A stretch of 64,000 bases of DNA from Candidatus Aldehydirespirator sp. (GCA_965203575.1 OZ241894.1:3724322-3788321); one strand, 5' to 3'; shown: positions 35,349 to 43,935, numbered from the stretch's first letter. Notes: generated from the sequence alone by a model not told the origin. Numbers and translations are program-made.

Positions 35349-36155
35349 TCACTCCGTGTCTAGGTGGGCGAACAGGTCGCGGGTGCGGAACGGGGCGGAC
35401 ATGAACCGGGCGAACGCCTTGCGGCGGGTCAGCCACACCACCCTGGCCCCGGACTTGTCGGCGGCCAGCATGTGGTCGGCCAGCCACGGGGTGACGGTGT
35501 GGACCTCGTCGGCCAGGATGTTGAAGATCCGCTTGGCCCTCTCGAACTCCTCCGACGTGATGTCGTAGTCGCCGGTGAGCAGCTCGGTAACCACGATGCC
35601 GGGCGACACCGTGCACACCTGCACCGGGGTACCGGCGGTGTCCTTGCGCAGGGCCCGCTGGAGGTAGCGCACCGCCCGCTTGGTGGAGCCGTAGGCGGCC
35701 ATGCCGGGCTGGGTGGCCCCGTCGGACCCGAAGCCCTCGGTGTTCCAGAGCTGCCCGTGGCCCTGCCGCAGCATGTTGGCGATGGCGGTCTTGCTGGCCA
35801 GCAGCGCCCCGGTGAGGTTGGTGTCAACCAGGGCGGCGAGATCCCGGTCGCGCTGCTCCCACAGCGGCAGGCGCTCGATGCTGACACCCGCGTTGTTGAT
35901 CCACACGTCGACCCCGCCGAAGGCCTCGGCCGCGGCGTCCCACAGCGCCTGGAGCTGGTCGGGGTCGGTGATGTCGCAGGCCGCGCCGCAGACCCTCGAC
36001 TCGCCGTAGTACTGGCCCAGCTCGGCCACCACCGCCTCGACCTGGCCGGCCGAGCGCCCGCTGACGGCCACCCGGCACCGCCGCTTGAGGAACTCCCGGG
36101 CCAGCCCGTTGCCGATCCCCCTCGTGCTGCCGGTGATGACGATTCGGTTTCCCAT
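35349..36155 (-). CDS. short-chain dehydrogenase/reductase, NOL/NYC1 (chlorophyll b reductase)-like by recollection
   Basis: 268 aa. VITGSTRGIGNGLAREFL, VDVWINNAG and YGSTKRAV (YxxxK). It has an unusual GFGSDGATQPGMAAYG segment and a C-terminal extension RIFNILADEVHTVTPWLADHM...WLTRRKAFARFMS. Confidence 0.8.
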   Translation of the reverse strand: MGNRIVITGSTRGIGNGLAREFLKRRCRVAVSGRSAGQVEAVVAELGQYYGESRVCGAACDITDPDQLQALWDAAAEAFGGVDVWINNAGVSIERLPLWEQRDRDLAALVDTNLTGALLASKTAIANMLRQGHGQLWNTEGFGSDGATQPGMAAYGSTKRAVRYLQRALRKDTAGTPVQVCTVSPGIVVTELLTGDYDITSEEFERAKRIFNILADEVHTVTPWLADHMLAADKSGARVVWLTRRKAFARFMSAPFRTRDLFAHLDTE

Positions 36156-36164
36156 GTCGGCTCC

Positions 36165-37118
36165 CTAGCGCCGGTCCCAGTGGGCCACCAGCTCGTGGGC
36201 GACCAGTTTCTCCAGCCCGGTGCCGCCCGCCGACCCCACGCTGGCCGCCACAAACGCGGCGATCAGGTCTCCCAGCAGGCCCCGCACCGCCGGGTCGGTG
36301 TCCGGGTCTGGCTCCAGGAAGGCGCGGCCGCTGGTGGTGTCCACCGGATGGCAGACGGCGAAATGGCCGGCGCCGGCCAGCTCGACCAGCCACGAGTCCC
36401 CCCGCCGGTGCCCGACGGCCTCCTCGAAGGTGCGCCGGACCGGGTCGTGGGCTCCGTCGCCCCGCCCGTAGCGGTCGCGGCTGGCCGAGATGACCCCGTC
36501 GCGGTCGCCGCCGATCAGCATCACCGGCACCTTGGCCGGGATGGCCACCACCGCGGCCTCGCCGTGTCCAAGAGAGGTGGCCGTCATCGTGTGGCCCCCG
36601 TAGGCGAACGCGGCCCGCAGGCCCAGCACCCAGCCGGGGTCGCTGCTGTGCAGCGCGACGGTCCCCCCGGCGGAGTGGCCGCCCACCACCACCCGGTCGA
36701 GGTCGAGCCTCCCCGCCGGTGGTGCGCCGTCGGCCTCGCTGATGCCGGCCAGGCGGTCGAGGAGCGACCCGAGCGCGGTGGCCACCGGGCGGGTGCCGAC
36801 GTTGGCGGGGGTCAGCGCGTCGAGGTCGAGGCCGGGGGTGATGCCCTGGCCCGCGGGCCCCAGCGACCCGATGGCAGCGTAGGTCACCACGCACACACCG
36901 GTCGGCACGAGCCGGTGGGCCAGCCAGCGGTAGCTGTCGGGAGCCACGTTGATGCCGGGCATCATGATCACCAGCGGCCACGGCTCTCCCGCCGCGGCGG
37001 GAACCTGCCCGGTCAGGCGGGCCTCCTCCAGCCGGAGCCGGTCGCCGGGGTAGTACAGCGTGGCTGTGGCGGGGTCCCCGCCGGCGTCAAAGGAGAAGTG
37101 CCAGCCCCGGACGATCAT
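36165..37118 (-). CDS. alpha/beta hydrolase (dienelactone-hydrolase/chlorophyllase-like layout)
   Basis: 317 aa. WPLVIMMPGINVAPDSYRWLAHRLVPTGVCVV and the nucleophile elbow VVGGHSAGGTVAL. It lies 9 nt upstream of the SDR gene. Confidence 0.7.
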   Translation of the reverse strand: MIVRGWHFSFDAGGDPATATLYYPGDRLRLEEARLTGQVPAAAGEPWPLVIMMPGINVAPDSYRWLAHRLVPTGVCVVTYAAIGSLGPAGQGITPGLDLDALTPANVGTRPVATALGSLLDRLAGISEADGAPPAGRLDLDRVVVGGHSAGGTVALHSSDPGWVLGLRAAFAYGGHTMTATSLGHGEAAVVAIPAKVPVMLIGGDRDGVISASRDRYGRGDGAHDPVRRTFEEAVGHRRGDSWLVELAGAGHFAVCHPVDTTSGRAFLEPDPDTDPAVRGLLGDLIAAFVAASVGSAGGTGLEKLVAHELVAHWDRR

Positions 37119-37138
37119 GGGCTGGCTGGGCCATGACG

Positions 37139-37163
37139 GTTCCGCTGAGAGGAACGCGGTTTC
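37139..37163. promoter_or_regulatory. operator-like motif, site E: GTTCC-gctgaga-GGAAC-gcg-GTTTC
   Basis: Read directly. It sits in the 68-bp divergent intergenic region between the starts at 37118 (-) and 37187 (+). Confidence 0.6.
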
Positions 37164-37186
37164 ACAACCCGATACTACGTTCTACC

Positions 37187-37651
37187 ATGCGGGTCATGAG
37201 CCACCCGAAGAACTACGGCGAGCCCTCGCCCCGGCCATACCAGTGCTTCATGGGCCACTGGGAGGGGCTGTGCAAGAGCTTCAGCCCCGCAGGCGACTTC
37301 CTGGAGTCAAGCGCCGTCCACATGGACGTGTACTGGCTCGACGACCGCACCTGGCACCTCCACGAGCACTTCGAGAACCTCTACGGCGTCGGCGAGACGG
37401 TGTACGACACCCCGATCAGGGTGGACGGCAAGCAGTGCTTCGCCGAGAGCGACCAGCTCACCCTCGAGGGCGCCGAGCTGACGCCCTACAACTACGTGTT
37501 CACCATCGACAGCCGGGTGAGCAACACCATCGTCTACAACAACCACTACTTCTTCGACCCCGACACCCGGCGCATCATCACCCACAAGGTGCGCGACGGC
37601 AGGACCAACCTGTTCCAGATCCAGGACTTCGCCCGGGTGCAGCGGCCATGA
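37187..37651 (+). CDS. GxWxG-motif protein, probable lipocalin/nitrobindin-like beta-barrel (single domain)
   Basis: Start placed at MRVMSHPKNYG. CFMGHWEGLCKSFSPAGDFLESSAVHMDVYW is the N-terminal GxWxG block, followed by alternating beta-strand-like sequence. It is a paralogue of the domains in 38463, 39386 and 40067. Confidence 0.5.
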   Translation: MRVMSHPKNYGEPSPRPYQCFMGHWEGLCKSFSPAGDFLESSAVHMDVYWLDDRTWHLHEHFENLYGVGETVYDTPIRVDGKQCFAESDQLTLEGAELTPYNYVFTIDSRVSNTIVYNNHYFFDPDTRRIITHKVRDGRTNLFQIQDFARVQRP

Positions 37652-38466
37652 TCGTCCAGCCGCCCGCCAGCGGCGCCGCCGACGCCGCTCACTTCGTGAT
37701 CGCCATGCACCAGCACACCGCCTTCGCGGGCTCGCTGGCCGCCGACTTCGGCAATGACGCCTTCGCCGGCCTGGAGCCGGCCGAGCCCATGCAGTACATC
37801 GTCGACCACCACGACGCGGGCTGGGCCGACCTCGACGCCCGCGCCCCCCAGAACCCCGACACCGGGCTCCCCTACAACCTGACGGCCACCCCGCTGGCCC
37901 AGATCGTGGCCACCTCGGCCGGGTCGCCGCAGTTCAACGAGGCCCACCATCCCTTCAGCGGCGTCATCTCGTCGATGCACACCTACGGGCTGTACTGCGG
38001 CCGCTACGGGCTCAGCGACAAGATCTTCCTGGACATGATCGGTGACGACATGCGCCCCGAGGTGGACGCCATGCTGGAGGCCGAGGAGAGCCGCCAGCAC
38101 CGGCTCAAGCAGGACCTGGCCGGCGACGACGCGGGCCTCGCCGACGAGGACTTCATCTTCAACGCCTACAAGCAGCTCCAGTTCTTCGACACGCTGTCGC
38201 TGTACTTCCACCTGGTGCCGGAGGGCGAGCGGGGCGCCGCGGAGTTCCACAACGTGCCCCGGGCGGTCGGCGACGACGTGACCGTCTCGGTGATCGAGCG
38301 TCCCGGCGCGGTGTACGAGGTCGATCCCTACCCGTTCGCCACCGATGGGCTGGAAGTGGCCACCGAGGGCCGGTACCTGGCTCCCCAGCCGCCCGGCACC
38401 GACCTCGGCCCGGTGCTGGCGGCCACGCCGGTGGACACCCAGACGGTGCATCTCGTGCGGGCGTGA
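37648..38466 (+). CDS. DUF3891-like protein (HDxGW motif), function unknown
   Basis: 272 aa starting at an ATGA overlap. AMHQHTAFAGSLA...IVDHHDAGWADLD. I recall the HD.GW block from the DUF3891 family; this was not verified. Confidence 0.45.
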   Translation: MIVQPPASGAADAAHFVIAMHQHTAFAGSLAADFGNDAFAGLEPAEPMQYIVDHHDAGWADLDARAPQNPDTGLPYNLTATPLAQIVATSAGSPQFNEAHHPFSGVISSMHTYGLYCGRYGLSDKIFLDMIGDDMRPEVDAMLEAEESRQHRLKQDLAGDDAGLADEDFIFNAYKQLQFFDTLSLYFHLVPEGERGAAEFHNVPRAVGDDVTVSVIERPGAVYEVDPYPFATDGLEVATEGRYLAPQPPGTDLGPVLAATPVDTQTVHLVRA

Positions 38467-39389
38467 ACGGAGGCTCCTTCTCCCAGGGGCTCGGCGAGTG
38501 GATCGGATCGGCCGAGGTCTACGACGGCAGCGGCCGCTTCGCCGGTATGGGCCGCGACATCCGCACGGTGCAGGCCACCGACCCTGCCGGCCTGGTCACG
38601 GTGGAGGTGACCTTCGAGGGGCCGTTCTCGCTGTCGGGGATGTACACCATCGCCGATCACGGCTCGCACCGGACCTACGAGGGCCCGCTGAACCTCGGCT
38701 TCGCCGAGGTGCTGGGGGACGGCCTGATCGCGGCCCGCAACTACTGGCCGAGCCTGGGCCTCTCGCAGCGGTTCTTCCTGATGGTGCTGCCCGGCGGCGA
38801 CCACCAGCTGTCGCTGGCGCTGCTGAGCCGGGGCGACCAGCTCCGCTGGACGGTCGTCGGCGAGTACCGGCGCCGGCCCCAAGCCTCGCAGGACCCGCCG
38901 CCTGCGGTGGAGCCGATCGACCCCGCGGCGGTGAGCGACGACCCGACCGCGGGCCGGGGCCGGCTCCTGCTGCTGCGCCCGGGCCGATGGTCGGGCCGGC
39001 TGCACCGCCTCGGCGCCGGGCTGGAACCGTCCGGCACGGTCGACTACGTCGAGACGGTCGCCGCCTCGGCAGACCGCCCTGCCGAGCAAGCCAGCGAGGC
39101 GCTGGCAGTGGAGTTGTCGGGGCTCGACTTCGCCCCGGATGCGTCGTTCGTGCTGGAGTCCGACGGGTGGACGGCGTGGACCCCGGCCGGCGATCTCGCC
39201 GGCAGCGCGGCCCTGAGCGGCGGCCGGGGCCTGAGCGGGCACTTCCACAACGATCCGGCCGGATGCCGGGTGTGGCGCCGGGAGGTCGCCTCGCTGGACG
39301 GCTCGACCAAGGCCGTCCTGCACATCTGGTACCGGGGTGAGGAGCGGCTCGGCGCGCTCTACGGCACCCTGGCCTTCGATCCGCCATGA
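38463..39389 (+). CDS. tandem GxWxG beta-barrel-like protein (two domains)
   Basis: 308 aa with a GTGA start overlap. The domains start at LGEWIGSAEVYDGSG and PGRWSGRLHRLG. Confidence 0.5.
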   Translation: MNGGSFSQGLGEWIGSAEVYDGSGRFAGMGRDIRTVQATDPAGLVTVEVTFEGPFSLSGMYTIADHGSHRTYEGPLNLGFAEVLGDGLIAARNYWPSLGLSQRFFLMVLPGGDHQLSLALLSRGDQLRWTVVGEYRRRPQASQDPPPAVEPIDPAAVSDDPTAGRGRLLLLRPGRWSGRLHRLGAGLEPSGTVDYVETVAASADRPAEQASEALAVELSGLDFAPDASFVLESDGWTAWTPAGDLAGSAALSGGRGLSGHFHNDPAGCRVWRREVASLDGSTKAVLHIWYRGEERLGALYGTLAFDPP

Positions 39390-40060
39390 GCAAGGGCAGC
39401 GGCACGGGCCGCGATCCGTTCTCCGGCGCCTGGCTGGTCACCGAGCACGTCTACGACCCTGACGGCACCTACCGGGGTTCGGTGGCCCAGCGCCGCCGCG
39501 TCGAGCCGGCGCGCGACGGCAGGCTCCGGGTGGTCCAGCACTGCGAGCCGTCGCCGGACCTGGACGGGCACCCCATGGCGGCCTTCGCCGGGGACTGGAT
39601 CTTCGAACTCGAGGTGGACGGACCCCGGCGCCGGTACCTCGGCCCCGACGTGATGGGCGCGGCGACCGAGTGGCAGCCCGGGACCATGACCGGGCGGGGA
39701 ATCTGGCCCCGGTTCGGTTACGAGTTCGAGTCCTACAGCGTCCTGGTCGCTTCCGACCGCCAGCTCACCGGCGGCTTCTTCTCGCTGGCCGGGCGGTCGG
39801 TGGCCGACATCGTCGGGGTGGCCGTCCCGGAGTCGTCCGGGGTCGAGCCCCGCCTCGACCTGTCGGCGCCGGCGCCCCCGGCGGACGACCGCTGGCCGCT
39901 GCGCCGGACGGTCGGACCCCTCCTGGCGGCGGTCGGTCAGCCGTCGCCGCTGCGCCGACGGCGGCTGTGGGCGATGCGTGACCCGATCAGCGGCTCCGGC
40001 TTCGAACTGGTCGAGGACGCCAGCGCGCACGGCCGCGTCGTGTCGGTGAACGTGGGCTGA
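39386..40060 (+). CDS. GxWxG-like beta-barrel-family protein
   Basis: 224 aa with an ATGA start overlap. FSGAWLVTEHVYDPDGTYRG and a second block FAGDWIFELEVDG. Confidence 0.45.
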   Translation: MSKGSGTGRDPFSGAWLVTEHVYDPDGTYRGSVAQRRRVEPARDGRLRVVQHCEPSPDLDGHPMAAFAGDWIFELEVDGPRRRYLGPDVMGAATEWQPGTMTGRGIWPRFGYEFESYSVLVASDRQLTGGFFSLAGRSVADIVGVAVPESSGVEPRLDLSAPAPPADDRWPLRRTVGPLLAAVGQPSPLRRRRLWAMRDPISGSGFELVEDASAHGRVVSVNVG

Positions 40061-40066
40061 CGCTCC

Positions 40067-41008
40067 CTAGCCGTCCGGCGACCAGGTGAGGGCGCCGAAG
40101 ACGACGTCGGTCATGCGGTCGCCGTCGTACAGCTTCCAGACGGCTGCCAGGGTGTAGTCGCGGTCGATTATGAACTCGCGGCCCTTGACCTTGAAGGCCT
40201 CGCGGGCGTGGTGCTGGGTGGTGTACAGGGCCCGTCCGTAGGCCAGAGCGTTTCCCCACAGATCGGGGCCGTCATAGGTGTGGCGGTTGCCGTTTGACCG
40301 GGTGCGCACGTACGTGAATGACCGGTCGATCTGCCCGGACATCTCCCACCGCTGGGTGGCCCGCACCAGGTCGATCGGGTCGTGGCGGATGCGGACATCG
40401 ACTCGGCCCCGTGGCTGCTGGTCGGCCCCGAACACCTCACAGGAGCCGGCCCACTCGCCGCCTCTGCGGTCGGGCAGGGTGTGGGGCCAGGCGGCCATCT
40501 GCTGCTCGGTCTCCAGGTGGGCGTCGATGCGGGCCTTGGTCTCGGGGTTGGTGTCGTAGTCGTGGGCGTTCAGGTACACCCCGTTGAACACCGAGAAGAT
40601 GGTGGGCCCCTCGTACAGCAGCGACGAGTACACCTGGGTCACGCCGTCGGCCAGGATCTGGTTCATGGTGTTGAGGTCGGCCCGCCAGCCCGGCGCGTAG
40701 TAGTGCGAGTCCACCAGCGAGCCGTAGGGGTGACCGGCGCCGTAGAAGTCGGGGCCCCGGTAGATCCGGTTGTCGCCCTGGTCGTCCACCCCGAACTCGA
40801 AGTCCTTGATCTCGAAGCGGTTGCGCAGCGGGCCGGTGTTCATGAAGTTGCACTGCATCCAGTAGGTGACCCTGCCGTCGGCGAACACGCTGGCCCGGCT
40901 GACCTTGTTGAACCCGGTGTGGCTGCCGTCGGCGTCGAACACCGACGGCAGGCCGTACCACTCACCGGTGATGCGCTGCTGCCACTCGGAGGCTTGGGAC
41001 TCGGTCAT
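40067..41008 (-). CDS. tandem GxWxG beta-barrel-like protein (two domains)
   Basis: 313 aa. ITGEWYGLPSVFDADGSH and RGGEWAGSCEVFGADQQ. It is the last gene of the Rieske operon. Confidence 0.5.
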   Translation of the reverse strand: MTESQASEWQQRITGEWYGLPSVFDADGSHTGFNKVSRASVFADGRVTYWMQCNFMNTGPLRNRFEIKDFEFGVDDQGDNRIYRGPDFYGAGHPYGSLVDSHYYAPGWRADLNTMNQILADGVTQVYSSLLYEGPTIFSVFNGVYLNAHDYDTNPETKARIDAHLETEQQMAAWPHTLPDRRGGEWAGSCEVFGADQQPRGRVDVRIRHDPIDLVRATQRWEMSGQIDRSFTYVRTRSNGNRHTYDGPDLWGNALAYGRALYTTQHHAREAFKVKGREFIIDRDYTLAAVWKLYDGDRMTDVVFGALTWSPDG

Positions 41009-41056
41009 GTCTGCCGCCGCTCGGAGGCTTCGGTCTTGCTCATGGGGGACTCCGTT

Positions 41057-41776
41057 CTAGGTGCGGGCCGCGGTCTTGAGGCTGTCGCGGATGCGGGCGC
41101 TCACGTCGGGGCCGAGCAGTTGGTCCACCCGGGCCCACACCGGGTCGACGTCGGGGTTGAACAGGGCGGCCCGGTGGCGGGCGTCCCGCTCGGCGAGCTG
41201 CTCGGCGGTGGTGCCGTCGAGCACGCCGTCGGGCACGCCGTCGACCACCAGGTCGAGCCAGTGGTCACGGTAGGCGGCCACCGTGCCGAACACCGCCCGG
41301 AAGCCGTCCTCGTCGGCCCGGTGGGCCAGCATCCACGCCGACATGAGTTGCCACTGGCGCCGCGACAGGTGGGCGGGGGTCAGCCCGTCTATCTCGGCGG
41401 CCTGGCTGTGGGCGTCGGTGAGCGGCACGAAGCAGTGGTCGATGTAGGCCAGGCTGGCTCCGGGGTCGACCCGGGGCATGAGGTCGAGGTGGAAGGCGTA
41501 GTGGGGCCCGGCCAGCACCGAGTCCACCGTGAAGTGGGGCACCGCGCTGTCGGGCGGGGTGAACGCGAAGCACATGTGGCTGTCGAGCCCGAAGGCCTCG
41601 ACGGTCATGGACACGTACACCAGGGCGGCCACCCCGTCGCGGGCCAGCACCCGGTGCACGCCCACCGGCGACCCGTCCATGGCCGAGGCCAGCGGCACGG
41701 ACTCGGCCTCCTCGAGCTCCAGCCGGGCCGCGATGGCCTCCACCGTGCCCAGGCACAGGTCGGCAGAAAGGCTCAT
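41057..41776 (-). CDS. RCCR/ferredoxin-dependent-bilin-reductase-like protein, paralogue 1
   Basis: 239 aa. The blocks HFTVDSVLAGPHYAFHLDLMPRVDPGASLAYIDHCFVPL and ERDARHRAALFNPDVDPVWARVDQLLGPDVSARIRDSL are collinear with paralogue 2 and with my recollection of plant RCCR. Confidence 0.45.
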   Translation of the reverse strand: MSLSADLCLGTVEAIAARLELEEAESVPLASAMDGSPVGVHRVLARDGVAALVYVSMTVEAFGLDSHMCFAFTPPDSAVPHFTVDSVLAGPHYAFHLDLMPRVDPGASLAYIDHCFVPLTDAHSQAAEIDGLTPAHLSRRQWQLMSAWMLAHRADEDGFRAVFGTVAAYRDHWLDLVVDGVPDGVLDGTTAEQLAERDARHRAALFNPDVDPVWARVDQLLGPDVSARIRDSLKTAART

Positions 41777-41822
41777 GCGCCCGCTCCGGTCACAATCGGC
41801 GGCCCGGGGGCCTGCCCGAGGC

Positions 41823-42974
41823 TCATGCGTCCGCTCCGGTGGCGGCCGATCCGACTGTGGGGAACACCCAGGCGCTGGCCATCTCGGGCTCGGCGGCCCG
41901 GGCCGGCGACGGGATCACCGCCGCGGCCCGCCTGGACTCCTCGTCGGTCGGGGCGGCCAGCCCCAGGCCCTTGTCCAGCTGCTCCTGGCGCCAGCGCCGG
42001 TAGGCCAGCTGGATGGAGTCGGACTTGACGTGCAGCTCGGCCGACAGGTCGAAGGGCAGCAGCTCGGGCCGCTGACCCTCCACGGTCGGCTGGTCCTCCC
42101 GGAAGATCTTGAGGGTGCGCTTGTGGGAGTCCTTGTCGGCCCAGCCCCCGGTGAAGAACGAGCGCATCATGCAGAACTTCGACACCGTGACGTGCTCGTC
42201 GAGGGGCACCGCGGCGGTGAACAGGCGCATGTCCCCCATCGGCAGGCGCACGATCAGCAGCGACACGTTGGGGGGATAGAAGCCGGTGGAGGTGCGCACC
42301 GGCGGGCGCTCCTTCTTGGCGATGAGCCGCCATATCCCCGACGGAAGGGGCGGCTTGAGATCGACGGTGGCGCTCACCGACGCCAGGTGGCCGTTGTGGC
42401 GGACCTCCTCGAGGTCGAAGTCCTGGATCTCCGGCTCGTCGCGGTTGCCGAACGACCCGGCGTGCACGAACGGGGTGTGGGCGATGTCGATGGCGTTCTC
42501 CAGCACCCGGTCGTAGTTGGCGTTCCAGGTGAACTCGCCCTGCACGGCCCGGAACCCCTCGGCCCGGGCCTCGGTGTGCAGCTCCATGCCGTACAGCTCC
42601 GGCAGCGGCGGCCGCTGCTCGGCGGCCAGGTCGCCCAGGAACACCCACACGAAGCCGTAGCGCTCCACGCAGGGGTAGGTGTCGATGCGGGCCTTGCGCG
42701 GGATGGGCAGATCGGGACGGTTGGCCGGGATCTCCACGCACGCGCCCTCGGTGTCGTAGCGCCAGCCGTGATACGGGCACCGCACGCAGTCGCCGACCAC
42801 CTCGCCGCCCGCCAGCGACCCGCCCCGGTGCACGCACAGGTCGGACTGGGCGTTGACGGTGCCGTTGGGGCTGCGCCACAGCACTAGGTCGTGGCCGTGG
42901 ACCTTCACCTGAAGGGGCCGGTCGCCGACCTGCGAGCCGAATTCGACGGCGTACCAGTGGTTCTTGATGAGCAT
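41823..42974 (-). CDS. Rieske [2Fe-2S] non-haem-iron oxygenase alpha subunit (PAO/KshA-type, single-component alpha3 class)
   Basis: 383 aa. The Rieske motif is CVHRGGSLAGGEVVGDCVRCPYHGW. The iron motif is ENAIDIAHTPFVHAGSF (DxxHxxxxH). A GGGAGG RBS precedes the start. Confidence 0.85.
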   Translation of the reverse strand: MLIKNHWYAVEFGSQVGDRPLQVKVHGHDLVLWRSPNGTVNAQSDLCVHRGGSLAGGEVVGDCVRCPYHGWRYDTEGACVEIPANRPDLPIPRKARIDTYPCVERYGFVWVFLGDLAAEQRPPLPELYGMELHTEARAEGFRAVQGEFTWNANYDRVLENAIDIAHTPFVHAGSFGNRDEPEIQDFDLEEVRHNGHLASVSATVDLKPPLPSGIWRLIAKKERPPVRTSTGFYPPNVSLLIVRLPMGDMRLFTAAVPLDEHVTVSKFCMMRSFFTGGWADKDSHKRTLKIFREDQPTVEGQRPELLPFDLSAELHVKSDSIQLAYRRWRQEQLDKGLGLAAPTDEESRRAAAVIPSPARAAEPEMASAWVFPTVGSAATGADA

Positions 42975-42995
42975 GGGGAGCCTCCCTGTGTGCTC

Positions 42996-43823
42996 TCAGC
43001 TCGGTCGGGGCAGCACCCGGTCGCCGCCCCAGAGGGCCCGCACCAGGCGGTCGCACATCTCGGGGCCGAAGAACCGCACCCCCATCACGTTGGCCGGGTC
43101 GCGCTCGGCGATGGTGCGCCGCCGGGCCAGGTCGTCGGCGGCCAGGCGCTCGCGGCGCTCATACCGCACGGGCTCGGCCTCGTCCACCCAGCGGAGCCAC
43201 TGGTCGACCCGGCGGTGGGCCAGCCCGCGCACCTGCTCGAGCCGGGCCTCGTCGTGGGTGATCCCGGGGGTGGTGAAGCACACCGCGGTGTGGCTGAGGG
43301 CCTGGCGGATGTAGAGCTCCCGCGATGTGAACGTCGACAGCCCCGGGTCGGCTCGCAGCTCCAGGAACTCCTCGTTGAGCGGCTCCCAGTACTTGTCGAG
43401 CGCTTCCGTGTCGAGCATGAGGTCCGAGCGGGGGTTGTAGTCGATGTAGAACCAGAGGTCGGGCAGGGTGCCCCAGGCGATCCCGAGGTGGGGCACGTCG
43501 ATGTGGGGGCCGAGCCAGGCGGTGACGTGCATGTTGGTGAACCCCAGCGGCGGGTTGCCGATCCACGAGTGGATCAGCCAGTCGATCTCCGGTCCGGCGT
43601 AGGCCGCCAGCCGCCCCGCGGGGTACTCGGCCTCGCCCCGGTACGACTCCAGGTCGTCGGTGCTGGGGTCGCGGGCCAGCTCGAAGCGGGACTGGAGCTT
43701 GTCCATGAGCTCGCCGGTGATCGACCACAGCCGGTCGAACGTCGCGGTGGCGTCGGTCGGACCGGCCTGATCAAAAATGTCCTGGACGCCCTTCAACGTC
43801 TCGCGCATGGATTCTCCGGCCAT
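42996..43823 (-). CDS. RCCR/ferredoxin-dependent-bilin-reductase-like protein, paralogue 2
   Basis: Only the C-terminal 275 aa of track ORF 42996-44696 look coding (start MAGESMRETLKGV). The blocks EIDWLIHSWIG, LWFYIDYNPRSDLMLDTEALDKYW, FTSRELYIRQALSHTAV and ERRERLAADDLARRRTIAERDPANVMGVRFFGPEMCDRLV parallel my recollection of Arabidopsis RCCR. Confidence 0.5.
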   Translation of the reverse strand: MAGESMRETLKGVQDIFDQAGPTDATATFDRLWSITGELMDKLQSRFELARDPSTDDLESYRGEAEYPAGRLAAYAGPEIDWLIHSWIGNPPLGFTNMHVTAWLGPHIDVPHLGIAWGTLPDLWFYIDYNPRSDLMLDTEALDKYWEPLNEEFLELRADPGLSTFTSRELYIRQALSHTAVCFTTPGITHDEARLEQVRGLAHRRVDQWLRWVDEAEPVRYERRERLAADDLARRRTIAERDPANVMGVRFFGPEMCDRLVRALWGGDRVLPRPS

Positions 43824-43836
43824 CTGGGCAGCTAGT

Positions 43837-43861
43837 GTTCCGTCGACAGGAACAGCGTTTC
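43837..43861. promoter_or_regulatory. operator-like motif, site B: GTTCC-gtcgaca-GGAAC-agc-GTTTC
   Basis: Read directly. It sits in the 112-bp divergent region between 43823 (-) and 43936 (+). The extended 28-mer GTGTTCCgtcgacaGGAACAGCGTTTCG is about 75-80% identical to the one at site C. Confidence 0.6.
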
Positions 43862-43935
43862 GTTCTACTGACAGTATGGGCGAGCCCCCACCAGCGTCAA
43901 CCCCCTGAAGCAGGCCGCTAGGAGCCGATACCGCC

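Noticed and set aside
35349-37118. Whether a staygreen (SGR, Mg-dechelatase) homologue is present, which would complete the chlorophyll-pathway analogy.
   Set aside because: None of the unassigned proteins in 35-44 kb resembles the SGR sequence as I remember it. Its absence is noted as a weakness of the hypothesis and is not claimed as a feature.
41769-41837. A 22-bp direct repeat, aggctcatgcg[ct]ccgctccggt, at the Rieske/RCCR-like gene junction. One copy contains the Rieske stop and the other the next gene's ATG.
   Set aside because: It is real in the sequence, but the surrounding 47 bp are not duplicated. It most simply reflects a small local duplication of an ancestral ATGA stop/start overlap. 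I see no evidence for a regulatory or mobile function.
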